Shown here: positions 12,101-23,732 of the stretch, in pieces
How the letters are laid out: each line of letters opens with the position of its first letter
Numbering within the stretch: the first letter of the stretch is position 1
DNA from: Phoronis australis
Taxonomy: Eukaryota > Animalia > Phoronida
DNA: 37,914 bases
Reading direction: 5' to 3'
NCBI GenBank assembly: GCA_002633005.1
Contig: NMRA01000152.1
Location: 626,064 to 663,977, forward strand
Program-made: the position numbers and the translations under genes
Notes under the pieces: model-generated
Databases searched by the model: none
The model's input: only the letters and a program-made list of their open reading frames with translations
Told to the model about the DNA's origin: nothing

Positions 12101-15100
12101 ACCATTGTTCAAGCCTTGACGTTAGGTGTCGTCTCAGCTCAGCTATCATTCACTTGAAGCAGGCTGCTTAGGCCATAGCTCTCCCATCTGCAGTGGCCCT
12201 AAGATACACAGAAGGGTGCATTCTTTCAATTACACGTGTTGTCAAGTGCCAAATCCTCTCTTTAGTCTTAGTACAATGTCAATCTTACTACACTCGTAAT
12301 ATCATTAGCAATTCTCTTTAGGAATTTCGATGTGAAAAGCGCTTTCTACGTACTTTTGAATCAAATTCTTACTGCTGTGAAACTGGTCTCACCTATACCT
12401 TACGCAGCTCTAAACACCAGGGGTAATATACATTTATAGCTGTCGACCTAATTAACATCTTTCCTACCAGAACACTTGGTGCATAGAGACCTTCCGCCAA
12501 CCTCGCTATGTTATCAACTTTAACACTCTTGGCTCTTGCTATAGTTATATTCTTCACCGTCGTTGCTGTTTAATTTTCTACAGTACCATTTTCTTCAATC
12601 ACATGACTCGCAGTCAGCAAGCTGACCCCACAGTTCTTTCGAGTTCTTCCACTACCCCGGCCGTCGGCCATTAAGGAGGGCAGACCCGTCACCCCCCAAG
12701 AATCTCGATGTAAGATTTTCACAAAGTGTTACAGCATCCAATACAATTTTCATGATTTTTTGCCACGATCTGTATTTCAAAGATCGGCACTAACTGACGC
12801 AACTGTTTTGTATGTTTAGATGCTCCAGATGGCACTTGCATCCCCACAACATCTGGCCCAACTACTGAACCTCCAACAGGAGCAACATCTACCGCACAAG
12901 TGGCGACACAGCCCAACACTGTGCCGGCAACCAGCGACGGGAATTCAGGCGATTCCAAAACAACTGACCCCACGAACAATGGATACTGCTCTACAGCGAT
13001 AACGTGCCTGAATGGAGGAAATCCGGACTCTCCTTCTTCGCAGTGTTCTTGTCGATGTACAAAGGATTGGCAAGGCGACACTTGTCAATGTAAGTCCAAT
13101 ATGCAAAATTTTGAACCTGTGGGTCCATTATTGCGTCTGTGCGACTGACGAAAATATGTCTAATTTCAGCTCTTGTTGAGCAGGATGTTTGAAAAAAGAT
13201 ATATACCTCCATTTGACATAATCCACATATAAATGTGATTTGTTTAGTTTTTTCGTCCAATCATGCAGCCATTTTAAGGACTGGTTATTACTGAACAATT
13301 AATACATTTCAACTGTTGGTCTAATTGTGTTTCTTTCAACACCAAGCCCCACTGACATCTGTTGCCTGGCATTTCAAGCTCAGCTTTTTGTTCGTCACGT
13401 CAATATCATTTACTTCATTTCCAGTTAGCAAGGATGAAGTAAGTGCTGGGGTCGTACTAACATTTAAAGACACCTCAAAAAGCATGGTAAGTGTTGATAC
13501 GTAAGCTGGGGGGGGGGGGGGGGGGNAAGGTGAATCGGGGTGCATGAACACACGAAAATGCTTTTAGGTTTTAACAGCAACTACTCTTGGATAAGTAACA
13601 TCAGTTTGAGACCCTATAACACCAAACGCTCCCAAAGTCTTGAAACATTTGTTAAAACGGACTGGGGAGGAGTATTGGATAACTTCAACCTATTGAAAAT
13701 CTCTACTGCCATACAGTCCACGAGTACGAGTGTCTCATTCAGACTGCACAACGCTTAATCGGTTCCATCTTGGTGGTTTTGTCATTTCGCGAACGTACTG
13801 AAACTACCTTATAATGAACCGGTTGATGTTGTCCACAGATTGCTATTCGAAGTTTAAAACAGAAAGGAGTTCTCATGCAGAAACAATTTATAAACGTCGG
13901 ACATTTATTTAAAATGATCTTGAAGTTCCTAGCCATCGAAACTCTTCAGCAGCTTTATATTTTTGGAATGTGTTTTTGCTTAATATGCTTGATGATTACA
14001 GTGGGATAAAATATGGATTAATATCAAGTCGATCATAGGCGACAGTGTGAACGCTGAGTGCAATGCAGGTGATGATTGCAATTGTGGTTCCACAGAGTAA
14101 GTATATCTTAATGTCTATTCTACTGTTTCCGGAAACTACAGGAGCTCTCAGGAACGTTTCCGTCATACCATTCCGAATTTCGTATATAAGACCCAATACG
14201 GTGTTCATTCCGAACTTAAAAGCTGGGTGCTAAAACGAGGTTTCTCATAAATTCTACCTTTCTGGGGATGCATACGGAGTTTGTGTTCAAGAGTTAGCGG
14301 GCACCGGTCTAAACAGGGGGTTTTAGAGTGGTTGCGAACTGTCGGCCATTTCGTGTAATAAAAAGATGGTCGCTTTAAAATAGTACAAACAGTAACAGCT
14401 AGCCCATAAACTGGGTGTTCTACTTTTAAGTAACAACACGTCTGACATTACAATTTCATCTGCAAGTTTGATAGAATTGAAAAGTTAAGATAGAGCCCTC
14501 TCAGACATTTTTTACTTATGGCAATTCTTGAACTCCATTTTTCATTTTTTTTTCTCAGAAATCACGCTCATATTTACGTTTGAGTTAATTATTCAATAAA
14601 CAACAGTTTGGTCAGATTCAGCCAGTGTTATAATACATGTGGTGTTGTCATAAGCACACCGATCACCTCGAAACAGACCAAATGGAAAACGGAAACACTC
14701 TTGAAGTAAATTCTTTTCAATAACAAGTGTATAATTAAGTAACATATGATACAACTGTTAACATGTTTCAACAGTTCCACTGCTATTCTCAAGGCTAAGG
14801 AAATATGGCTGCCTTATACAGGGTGTCACGAAAATTGAGAAAACTTACACAATCAAGGCTAATTACAAAATGTGGAATAACAGTCCTACATGCAACGTGA
14901 CCTACTGTAATGACTAACATGAATGTGAAGGTCAGAGGATGTTCAGTGATGTAAAAGGCTTCTTGGTGAATCTTGAGCTCTTGACATTTTGTTGCTAAAT
15001 CCAAAACTGCGAAACAATCAGAGTGACGTACATTTGTCTTCACAATGTTTTAAAGCCTGTGTTTAAATAAATTAGAGTTTTCACCCCTGTCATGGTGTCC

Positions 15101-17887
15101 TTTGATTCTAGTTGTTAAGTGACGAGCGGTCTCGCCGATGTAACAGGAGTTAATTCCGTCACACTAAAATTTGTACACGACCGTGGACTTAAAAGAATCT
15201 TGAATTTTATCATTGATAGAGAACAAACTTTGTAATTTAAACGATGAAAATGCTATCTTTACATCAATACCGTAACAGTACGTGCACACCAGCCACCTGA
15301 ATTTCTTTGAAGTCAATAGTCGTGTACAAATTTACTAGGTTTACTGTATATAATTCTCTTGTTATACTGGCGACTGAGAGCGGTCGTCACTTAACGACTA
15401 GAATCAATGAACAACTTGACAGGGATGCTAACTCAAATATCTTTGAACACCTACAGGCTTCGAAATATTCTGTATATCAAGGCTGGGTTGAATAAAACTT
15501 CAAAATTATCCGCTGGATGAGTTCGATTGTTGCATGACGTCAGGTGCATTGTTCAACAACAACAACGAGGCACGTGATAATGCGACGTCATCGTTGCTAT
15601 GCGGCCTATATTTTTATGCAACTGGGCCCTGGTTGTTTCATAGTTCTGGGCCTGGTCTCCAATCTTTTTACTCGAAATGGAACTCGAAATTAGGTTTGGC
15701 ATTTTCTACTCTACTTTTGGGCGAACTCAAGATAAGTGTATATTATTCTATGCTCGAGTACACAATAACTTACGTAGATAATTTATTGCCCTTATTTCAC
15801 AGTTTGTAAACCCAATATTAAAGCAATAAGTTCGAGTTTGAACTCGAAATTTCGAGTTTTTACTCGAGTTTGTAGCACCAGTATAAGGGTCTTCAAGGGC
15901 TAACTTGAACTAGAAACTCCTATGCATAAACTATAATGTACTCGAGCACAGTCTGATAACCAATTATCTTAAGTTCGCACAAAAGGAGCAGAGAAATTGC
16001 CAAAAATAGTTTCGAGTTCGTTTCGAGTACAAAGATTAGAGACCGGGCCCTGGATTCAGCAAAAACATGTCAAGACCTCAAGATAAGAAGCCCTTTACAT
16101 CATTGAACATGTTCCTGACTTAGTACTAATCCATGTTATTCATTACCCATCACACGTCACAGCACATGTAGAACTGTGATTCTACATTTTGTAGTTGGGC
16201 TTGCTTATACACATTTTTTCAATTTTGGTGACACCCTGTGTGAGGCGCCCATATTTCTTTAGCCTCTAGACAGTGGATCGCTGTTGAAATATGTTGACAG
16301 GTGTATTATGTGCGATTTTCTTTACTTATTTATTATTGAGAAGATCATTTGTGGGGGTTATTCAGGGCAATTTGCTTAAAAGTAAGTTGTCCTTTCTGTT
16401 TGTGAGTCACCATGCATATGACCTTAAAGTTTCCTAGAGCTAAAAAGTTTAGAAATCACGTCAATACCCATTGTTTATGCATGCTTTCCTAGGCACACCG
16501 ATCACCTCGCTAAGGGACAAGGGTATCCTCACCAAGAAACCCCTACTGATTATGTCAAAGTACTTGTGTTCGTAGACAAGAACAGCTGTCCATCTGGTAA
16601 GTAGGGCCTACTCAGTATCTCCGCTGATGACTTGCAACAAATGTCACAGTTACATGAAGTGAAGCCAGCCAAGTCCGAATTGAGGGCGTAGGAGGCTCCA
16701 CGCAATATTTAGTACAGTGAACAAATTTCCCTACGGTCCTCTTTATTACTAGATAATAATCATGGTACCGATTGGGGACGTGGAACCTAACATCGATCTG
16801 AGTGACCTTGACCGAATATAATACCCAAAGTGATACTTCACAAGAGCGCTCCTCACCGAATGTTTTTGATGGGTTTTAACTTAAATCCATTTATATTTGA
16901 ACACATTTTGAACTGTTCATTTCCTAGTATGGTGCAAGTCCCAAGAAGATGGCGCAACGACATTGGACAATTTTTGCTCATTTTACCATGTACAACGTAA
17001 GGAATGCCGCAAGTAAATGTAGAATAAATCTGTCTGGCTGCGTCCCGTAGACGGGAGAAACTCGCGAAAACTCAAGATCACACGAGTCTTCGCGAGATAT
17101 GCCATGCATTACGAACCCGTGACTTTGCGTTGATAGCATATTTTTGAGGTGGTATAATCATAAAGAACATACATGTAGTCGGAACGGCAACTTTGCTTTA
17201 GGTCATGTAGGGTCTTCGAACTGTAGATCACGATACATGGCGGTTGGGAATAATTATGGGGCGAGTAGGCCTAGATAGTATGACCAAGTGCGCACATTTA
17301 ATGTTAATCTTACCAAATTGGCAGATCTATGACCCTTATGGCTTTGCAAATGAAAGATACGTAGCTTGGAGGCTCATAATCCTTCTGACATGTCACCCTT
17401 TGTGTTGGTTATTCGAATATCGCTTCTCCCAGAATAAATACCTCGCCTTAATTAATTGACCCTCTTCTTTCCAAAACTGTGATCACTTGCCATTGATCTT
17501 TTAAGAGCTAAATAGCTGTGGGATACCTGCCACTGAAGCCACAAGCTCTCTTTTTTCATTATTTGGTCCACCCGCTTCAGTTTTGGATGGCGGACTTCCA
17601 AGAGTTAATTGTAAAGTGACGTCTCCATGGACGTCAAAGGTCAATGATGCATGCGTATATTGTCTGTGTTTGTAGGATCACCAACACCAGTCTCTCAGGA
17701 CACACTGCACAGTGCTATCAAGAAAAGTGAAGCAAACATCACTAAAACCGTCGACCTTTGCTGCAACGCGACATTGGGGTCTATAGAAAAGGGAACAGTG
17801 GCCGATTCGGCGGCTGTAAGATGGCATGCGATTTCCACTCTTGGCTCGGTCACACTGCTCATTCACTTTCTGCTTTTACGCGTTTGA
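6159..17887 (+). CDS. CAP/SCP (CRISP/GLIPR/PI16-like) domain protein with EGF-like, ShKT, mucin-like linker, second EGF-like, unnamed C-terminal domain and GPI-anchor-like tail; 5'-partial, about 477 aa recovered
   Basis: Phase-consistent AG/GT exons: 6159-6404, 6912-7033, 7623-7714, 11296-11328, 11707-11904, 12820-13089, 13425-13486, 14002-14096, 16493-16596, 17676-17887. CAP motifs: YWDDGLAAQAKTWAEKCDFEH, GQNL, WYNE, CGHYTQ|VVW, LGC, YLVCHYGPP|GN, and hinge PYTKGSGCSRC. EGF-like CENCG..CSCSCYKGYRGARC. ShKT CKDNHANC...NCPAMCKTC. Second EGF-like CLNGG...CSCRCTKDWQGDTC. Hydrophobic C-terminus LGSVTLLIHFLLLRV*. The last three exons are supported by homology to the paralogue at 36345-37512. No signal-peptide or HNxxR exon was found upstream. 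Confidence 0.88.
7729..7857 (+). repeat. Two-copy ~65-bp tandem repeat
   Basis: TACGTTTAAGGGGA[G/T]TCAGCGCATTTAA[T/A]AATCCTTT...TTCATATTTT(T)GGTCTTT occurs twice. Confidence 0.8.
8306..8396 (+). repeat. Two-copy 46-bp tandem repeat
   Basis: TTTCT[T/A]GAAGAGATGCTACTGG[T/C]TTG[C/G]TACAGA[G/A]ATCTC[G/A]CAAAT occurs twice. Confidence 0.8.
9180..9244. repeat. Inverted repeat (25-bp arms, 15-nt loop), probable core of a palindromic element
   Basis: ACGTGATATGCAAGCCGATTTAAAC / GTTTAAATCGGCTTGCGTGTCACGT with 2 mismatches; loop TCGGTCTTCGCCCTC. Confidence 0.75.
15300..15515 (+). mobile_element. Decayed GIY-YIG endonuclease fragment of a Penelope-like retroelement
   Basis: LKSIVVYKFT...(frameshift)SCYTGD...(frameshift)SGRHLTTRINEQLDRDANSNIFEHLQAS matches the Penelope pattern VVYxF.C..C...YxG.T.R.L..R..EH......S.I..HL. 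Confidence 0.7.
15649..16049. mobile_element. PIF/Harbinger-like MITE, copy 1
   Basis: About 43-bp imperfect TIRs GGCC[T/C]GGTCTC[C/T]AATCTTT[T/G]TACTCGAAA...AACTCGAAA, with a CTG/CTG 3-bp TSD. Colinear with 25019-25398. Confidence 0.8.
17040..17110 (+). repeat. Dispersed ~70-bp repeat, copy 1 (last intron of gene 1)
   Basis: Consensus CCGTAGACGnnAnnAnnTCGCGAAAACGCAAGATCAC...TTCGCGAGATAT..CATGCA is shared with 21186-21257 (+) and 36822-36891 (-). Confidence 0.7.
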
Positions 17888-19280
17888 CGTTGTATTTTTA
17901 GATCATGTTATGTCTTTCTTGAGAATACACCGCGGTAACGACAAGGCTTTTTGTAGGTAATGTTGTTTTTGTGTATTTGAGCTTTATTCTTTGACGTCGT
18001 TATGCAATTATTCGGAAAATAGTAAGGTTTTATTTTTGTAATTTAGCACCTTAGTAACAATTTTCCGCAAAGAACCAGTGATGGCATTTCTGTGATCAAA
18101 AGTCAATGACCCATGATACATTTGGTACCATCGAATATACAATCCGGTGTATCAGTACTGTAGCCGACGCTTAAATGCAATACTTCCCAGAGATTTTCAT
18201 CTCTAAAATACCATAACACGAATCATCGACTTACTAAAAGAATTTGCATTTGAAAATTCAATTTCTTTATTGTGCCATTGAGTATCGTCTGTGAAACCAT
18301 AGACTATAGTACAATATTTTGTATAATCTATGGTGAAACTAGTAAAGCTTTGGGGTGAACCATGCTTTTCCACGAAGATGCAGTGTGGGCGTCTACAACG
18401 AAAGTTTTGCGCGTTCATTAGACGCACGTGGGGCTGGGTTTGATGACGAAAAACTCCGATCGCTTGTGATCATTTATGGATTGTTTTATTTTTTATCCTG
18501 TATAACGTTTATTTATTGATATTTTGCCAATGTTTGCAACTTAATTGTAATTTTTAACATAATTTGATATTCTTTCGTCGATCACTCATCTCTGGCGTTA
18601 CCTGTTAACTATGGAACTAATATATACATTTATTTTCCTTATAACGTGTTACATTCTATTTTACTCAGAGACACTTTGTACAACGCAGGATTTTTTAAAG
18701 TTAGTGAAAATGTTTAGAGGCTCTGAAATTAACGCTGGGATTATAGTTCTCTTCACTTTTCACTTTGTTTGCCTTCAGAAAAATCTTTCTGTTTGGCTGT
18801 TTGTTGCATAAGATGTGTGCTCTTTTTGTGGAAATGCAAGCGATTCCTAAGAATTCCGGGATAGTTTGTGATTATGTTAGTAATCTGTTGCTAAATGGCT
18901 TCGTAACTCGCGACGCCCTCGATTCGGGCTTTACATCAAAACGTCGTTATTCACGTTGCAAGGATTGCGACGCGAGTATGCCACTGAACTAAAACTGGAT
19001 TAAACGTTTTTCGTGCTGACAGACGTAACGAAATATTTTGTCGGGAATGTTCGAAATACAACTTAAGAATTTTTCTTCATGGTATCCCGCAAAAAGTACC
19101 CTTAGTTTACACATTTCTTTGAGTTTTAGTAATATATAAATAATGCAAACAAAGTTGCCGAAAAGGCGAAACACTACATTTGGGTATATCAATAAATACC
19201 TGCTATTACCCAAATGCAACGATTTTGATAAAAAAGTTAGGGAGTTGGAACTAAAAAAAAACCCCGTCGACTACCGAAAT

Positions 19281-19345
19281 CCGGTAGGTCATTGGACTAG
19301 AGCGTCTGCACGGCTAGAGAAAGTCTCAGGCTCTAACCCTGGTGG
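19281..19345 (+). mobile_element. tRNA-derived SINE head (decayed)
   Basis: GTAGGTCATTGGACTAGAGCGTCTGCAC...GTCTCAGGCTCTAACCCTGG follows a tRNA 5' half and T-arm layout with degenerate A and B boxes. Confidence 0.4.
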
Positions 19346-19795
19346 GAACAGAGATCTGTTTGGACCTAACTATAGGTCATATTGCATGAAGACTAACAAT
19401 TCTTGCTTATACGATAGCCATGTGCGCACCCAGCCTAAAATGGAGGGTCCTTGAATTTTTTAGAATGTGGGGCTAGAACTTTTGAGAATGTGGACCTTTT
19501 ACTAAGATTCACGAGGTACGTTTAGAGCTAATTGTGCATTCGGCGAGTTTTGGTAGCTCCTGCCTTTTTAGCGAACATTTGTCTCGTTTTCTACTTTTTC
19601 GGAGTTTTTGTTTCTCTGAGGCGGACTTCGCCAAATGAGGGGGCTCGTTCGAGTCACCCGAGCCCCTTCAAATGTGCGCATGACATCAACGCGCTGATTT
19701 ATACCAATACAATGTTCAGGTGTATATTACAACAACGATGACATGTATTGGAGTGATGTGAGACTGATTTTGTTTCTAAGTGTTCGTGATGATTT

Positions 19796-21138
19796 TCACC
19801 CAGTCGTTGAAGTCGAGTTGGTCCCACATTCTCCTTTATAGGCTAGCAGCAGTCGAAATCCGTCTATTTGCGCCTCACATATGGCACACCGTAATTTGCA
19901 CAAATTTTCTGAAACAAAACATACACTTGCAGTGATCCAACCGTTTGACAAAAATCAATTACTAACAAGGTACATTTTAGTGTACATACAAACACACACG
20001 TGAACGCATGTGCGTGCGTGCGCGTGCGCATTTGGGTGCACATATTTCATCGTTACAGGAGACTATGAAGAAAATCAAGTAAATAACAAAGCAAAGTGAT
20101 ATTTTTATCGTCAAACTTACCGTAAGTATAGCCATCAGAGCCACACACTGGAGCAAACTCGTCCGTGCAAATCATAAGCCAACACTCGTACGGAACACAG
20201 GCGCCGTAGTGGAGTAGATTCAGTTCTTTGCGAAGGAACATGGCTTCGCACATAGCCTCTTGCAGCAAACATAAGTTATCTGTTCAAAACAATAACATTA
20301 GAGATGAAGGCATTATTTCCTGATTTATTTCTGGCATGGATTTTGAAAATGACAAGGTCAGTGTTTTACTGGTGTTTTCAGTCTCAATCTCAATTTCAGT
20401 TCACTGACACGGTAAATTGAAACAGTGGCGGCACTGATGTCACATCCACTCCGGAGCGTCACCAATAATGTTGTCGCTCACCGGATCGTTCATGTCACCC
20501 CGGTCGGTGTCGTCCCGTCGTGTTCCTCTTGCAACCTTCCCACCACCTTCCCGTTTAACCCATCTCGCCTCCTTAGCCATGCCACTGAACTGAAAGTATC
20601 ATTAATAATTAAATTTCACCAGAAAAGCTAACTTACTGTAGGTTTGTCCATCGCTGCCGCACACGGGGGTGTAACTATCGTCACAATTCAACGCGCAGTA
20701 ATACTTTTTGATGACGTAACTAAAACCAACAGTACCTGTAACGACGTAATCACGAATGAAATGGAGATTAAAGCTTTCTACACATTCCGAGGTATACATC
20801 ACACTAAATGTTTTCAGACATTTTTTTCGTCCAAATTTTGGTCTGGACACGCACAAACTACATACAAGACATTATACACTACAGCCAATGACATTCGGAA
20901 GTGTGAGTCCTCTGAGAACCAAGCAAGACTACAATCCTGCACTGCGTAATCATTACGTAGCGTGCATGAGAATTTAAGCATTGTGATCATTCATGTATGG
21001 CAGTCGCTTTCAGTGCACGTACAGTTAACCTGTGGCGTCATGCATACATGTACGTCTACTGTATGTCCACTACTTACAGAATATCATGACGTTGGTAAGT
21101 ACAGGAAGTCCCATCTTCACGAAGAGAACGCACAGCAT
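19796..21138 (-). CDS. Secreted Kazal-type serine protease inhibitor with two Kazal domains (about 143 aa, or 135 aa from the second ATG at 21114)
   Basis: Minus-strand exons 21138-21078, 20735-20637, 20279-20121 and 19908-19796, all phase-1 junctions with cag/gtaagt. Protein: (MLCVLFVK)MGLPVLTNVMIFCTVGFSYVIKKYY-CALNCDDSYTPVCGSDGQTYNNLCLLQEAMC...HYGAC-VPYE-CWLMICTDEFAPVCGSDGYTYENLCKLRCAIC...YKGEC-GTNSTSTTG*. The Kazal motif PVCGSDGxTYxNxC occurs twice. Confidence 0.92.
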
Positions 21139-21185
21139 GGTACCTGTGACGTGGAACTACTGTCATAAACCATCATACCTGGCGA

Positions 21186-21257
21186 GCGTTCCGTAGACGC
21201 AAGAACATCGCGAAAACGCAAGATGAAGGAAGACTTCGCGAGATATCGTCATGCAGT
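21186..21257 (+). repeat. Dispersed ~70-bp repeat, copy 2 (just upstream of the Kazal first coding exon)
   Basis: GCGTTCCGTAGACGCAAGAACATCGCGAAAACGCAAGATG...CTTCGCGAGATATCGTCATGCA. Confidence 0.7.
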
Positions 21258-21974
21258 ATAAATGAAGCACATGACCACACTAGCTTCCCTTGCGAGAGTG
21301 TTGCGTCAACGGAACTCAACCAGCTTGAAAAATCAACTATCGTTCAGTTGGGACAAAGAACAAGCTGTTTAAAATCGGCATTGATTATTTCTTTGATTCT
21401 TTATATTAGCAGTAGATGAGGCAACACATATGCAAGTTTATTTTACTTTTCTAAACTTAAGCTTATCGGCTTGCAACACAGCGAATCTGTTGTCTGAGTG
21501 ATGCACGAAAGGAAGAAATACTTGAAGATTCGCCGTGCCTTTTCCGTTTTGGCATAATTAAAACAAACGAAAACGACTACAATTCTGACTGTTTTCTGCT
21601 TCAACACACACAGGGCTACAGGGCTCTTTGCGGAACGTTTTCAAGTAAGCATATAGCCCACAGCTGCCAAACCCCTGAAAACGAATAAAAAATCTCGGTT
21701 AAAATTAAGAGTAAGGGAAACAGTAGATATGAAGACAAGTTATCTAAAGCATAAATGTTCACTTGGGATTGTTTTTGATGCCCGATAATCGGTGTTACAA
21801 GATAATGCCATGCTTTTTCGTCTTAAAATACCCGTATATGGTAACCATGATGTGGAGACAACTCTGACCATATATCCGTAAGATACACGCTAGTGTTGGG
21901 GTGTTGTTGAGCGTGAGGTGCTGTAGAATAGCTTTTAGGAGTATTGGGGGTGATTGAGGGGTCAACACCTCACA

Positions 21975-21981
21975 TTATATA
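21975..21981 (-). promoter_or_regulatory. Possible TATA box for the Kazal gene
   Basis: CTATATAA on the minus strand, in a GC-rich context about 840 nt upstream of the ATG. The coding exon starts at an acceptor (cag|21143), which implies an upstream exon. Confidence 0.3.
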
Positions 21982-23732
21982 GCGGGAGGCCAGAGGAATG
22001 TAGCCCCCCGATGGTCTATGGGCGGTGCACCACAAGGAGGCCGGGGGGGGGGGGGCTATAGCCTCCCGCTTTTTTCAGCGCCGCCCATGATGTAAGGTCA
22101 ATTAGCTTTAGTTTTTATTGGATAAAATGAATTGTGTGACGTCATGAACGTGTGATAATATTTATAACCTCGGAGTGATTCGTCACTTGCCTACGGCAAT
22201 CTGATTTTCAGGGAGAACAAAGCGCAATGCGGAATTCAAAGTATATATATTGCTCCCGTGAAAATTCATTTGAATAAGAATATAATTTGTAATCGTAAGT
22301 TATGGAACTGCAATTGTTCTTTCTTGGTCAGGGAAACGGATTTGGGTAACAGTATTGTATATTAAATTTTATTTTACTTCCAAATAGAAACACCCTTGTA
22401 AAAATTAGTTCTATGTTCTTCGTTTCATCCACTTTCGTGACATTTTCACAAAACATCTTAATGGCACAATCCCACAATTTCAAAAGGTTTTAATCCCCGA
22501 TTTAAATGGTTCTTTGCCAACTTCTCTTTATAGGGACTAGTCATGAAGTGTCCGACTCGTCGACTTCCACATGCGTGTGTTATTGGGCAGTTTTTGGTAA
22601 ACTGACTCGTGAGAGAGGAGGTATCACCGCCAGGTAACTGTCAAACTCCCTGAGGACCAAAGCCATGTACAGGAGTCACTGCAGTACTCACTGGGTTTTG
22701 CCCGTTACTGGATGATTCGCACTGCCTCTCGGCTGTCGAAAGCCGCTCTAGGACTAATCGGTACATGACCACAGAAATTTTATTCGTATTTGTTTTGGGT
22801 CTTACACTTCCACCGAAGCAGACGGCGCGAAGCTCCGAAAGAAGTGACAATAACGCAAAACTGACCACTTTTTAGTCATAAACCCACTTCCATGCCAATG
22901 CTAGACTAGCAGGGCTGGCGGGGCGTCAAGCTTCAGTGAACTGGTCAATGAATTTGCATTATAATCGAGAAACTGGTGCATAAAAGCAGAGAACCGACAT
23001 TTTTATACTTGTCTTTGAATAAAGTCAACCTATAATCCTGTATCACTTGATAAAAACTCGCTCAAATCGAAAGAACAATGAGTCTCAGTCACAATTCAAC
23101 TATTTTTCGACAGACTGCGTAGGGTCAGTCATATTGGTTGCCGCTGCTGACACTTTACTCCGAAATTACTCCGATGAACCATACAAGCTGAAAACATGCT
23201 GGATGATTCAAACAGATATTGCTAGTGGCTCATTTGTCAGTTCTCACTCAAAACAAAAACTTATCTAGTCATTGGCGTGTTGAAGTTCTTCTCAAGGACA
23301 GTCGTAAAAAACAATCCTGTATAGCCTGATCTCTTTCGTTCATGGGCATCTTTAAATGTAAAGACATTTTGTGTTAATCGTTGGAATATCCAATCGCACA
23401 ACGGTAACAATTGGTCTCAACTTGTCCTTCAGCTGTTTCAGGGCTTGCGAAGAACGGACAGTACGCCTTATTTGTTAATACTTAACGACACGCCGGAGCG
23501 ACCTCTTTTGATAAACGAACAAAGTCTTGTGTTGTTGTAAACCTTTCACCCACACTGACCTCTGAAATAGGCGATAGTAGCTGTACATTGCAAATATTGT
23601 CCGAGTCTCACAGGTCAATTTATGGTGTTTCTTGTGTAGTCTACGTATCGAGTTATCTGCACAGTCGCTTTAGTACCGATAGTAGTGTAATACTTGTACG
23701 TTGCCTGTATTTGCTAGTATTTTTGGCTAACC

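Noticed and set aside
13508-13526. Poly-G run as a G-quadruplex or poly-Pro ORF
   Set aside because: It abuts an assembly N, so its length and context are unreliable.
16928-16996. Possible extra phase 1-1 exon of gene 1 (WCKSQEDG...YHVQ) with tag/gtaagg boundaries
   Set aside because: It is frame-compatible, but the paralogue aligns directly across this junction with no equivalent. Left out pending RNA evidence.
22017-22089. Tiny hAT-like MITE (TATGGGCGGTGC...GCGCCGCCCATG); similar candidate at 19419-19682
   Set aside because: Short imperfect TIRs only and no 8-bp TSD. Not enough support to call.
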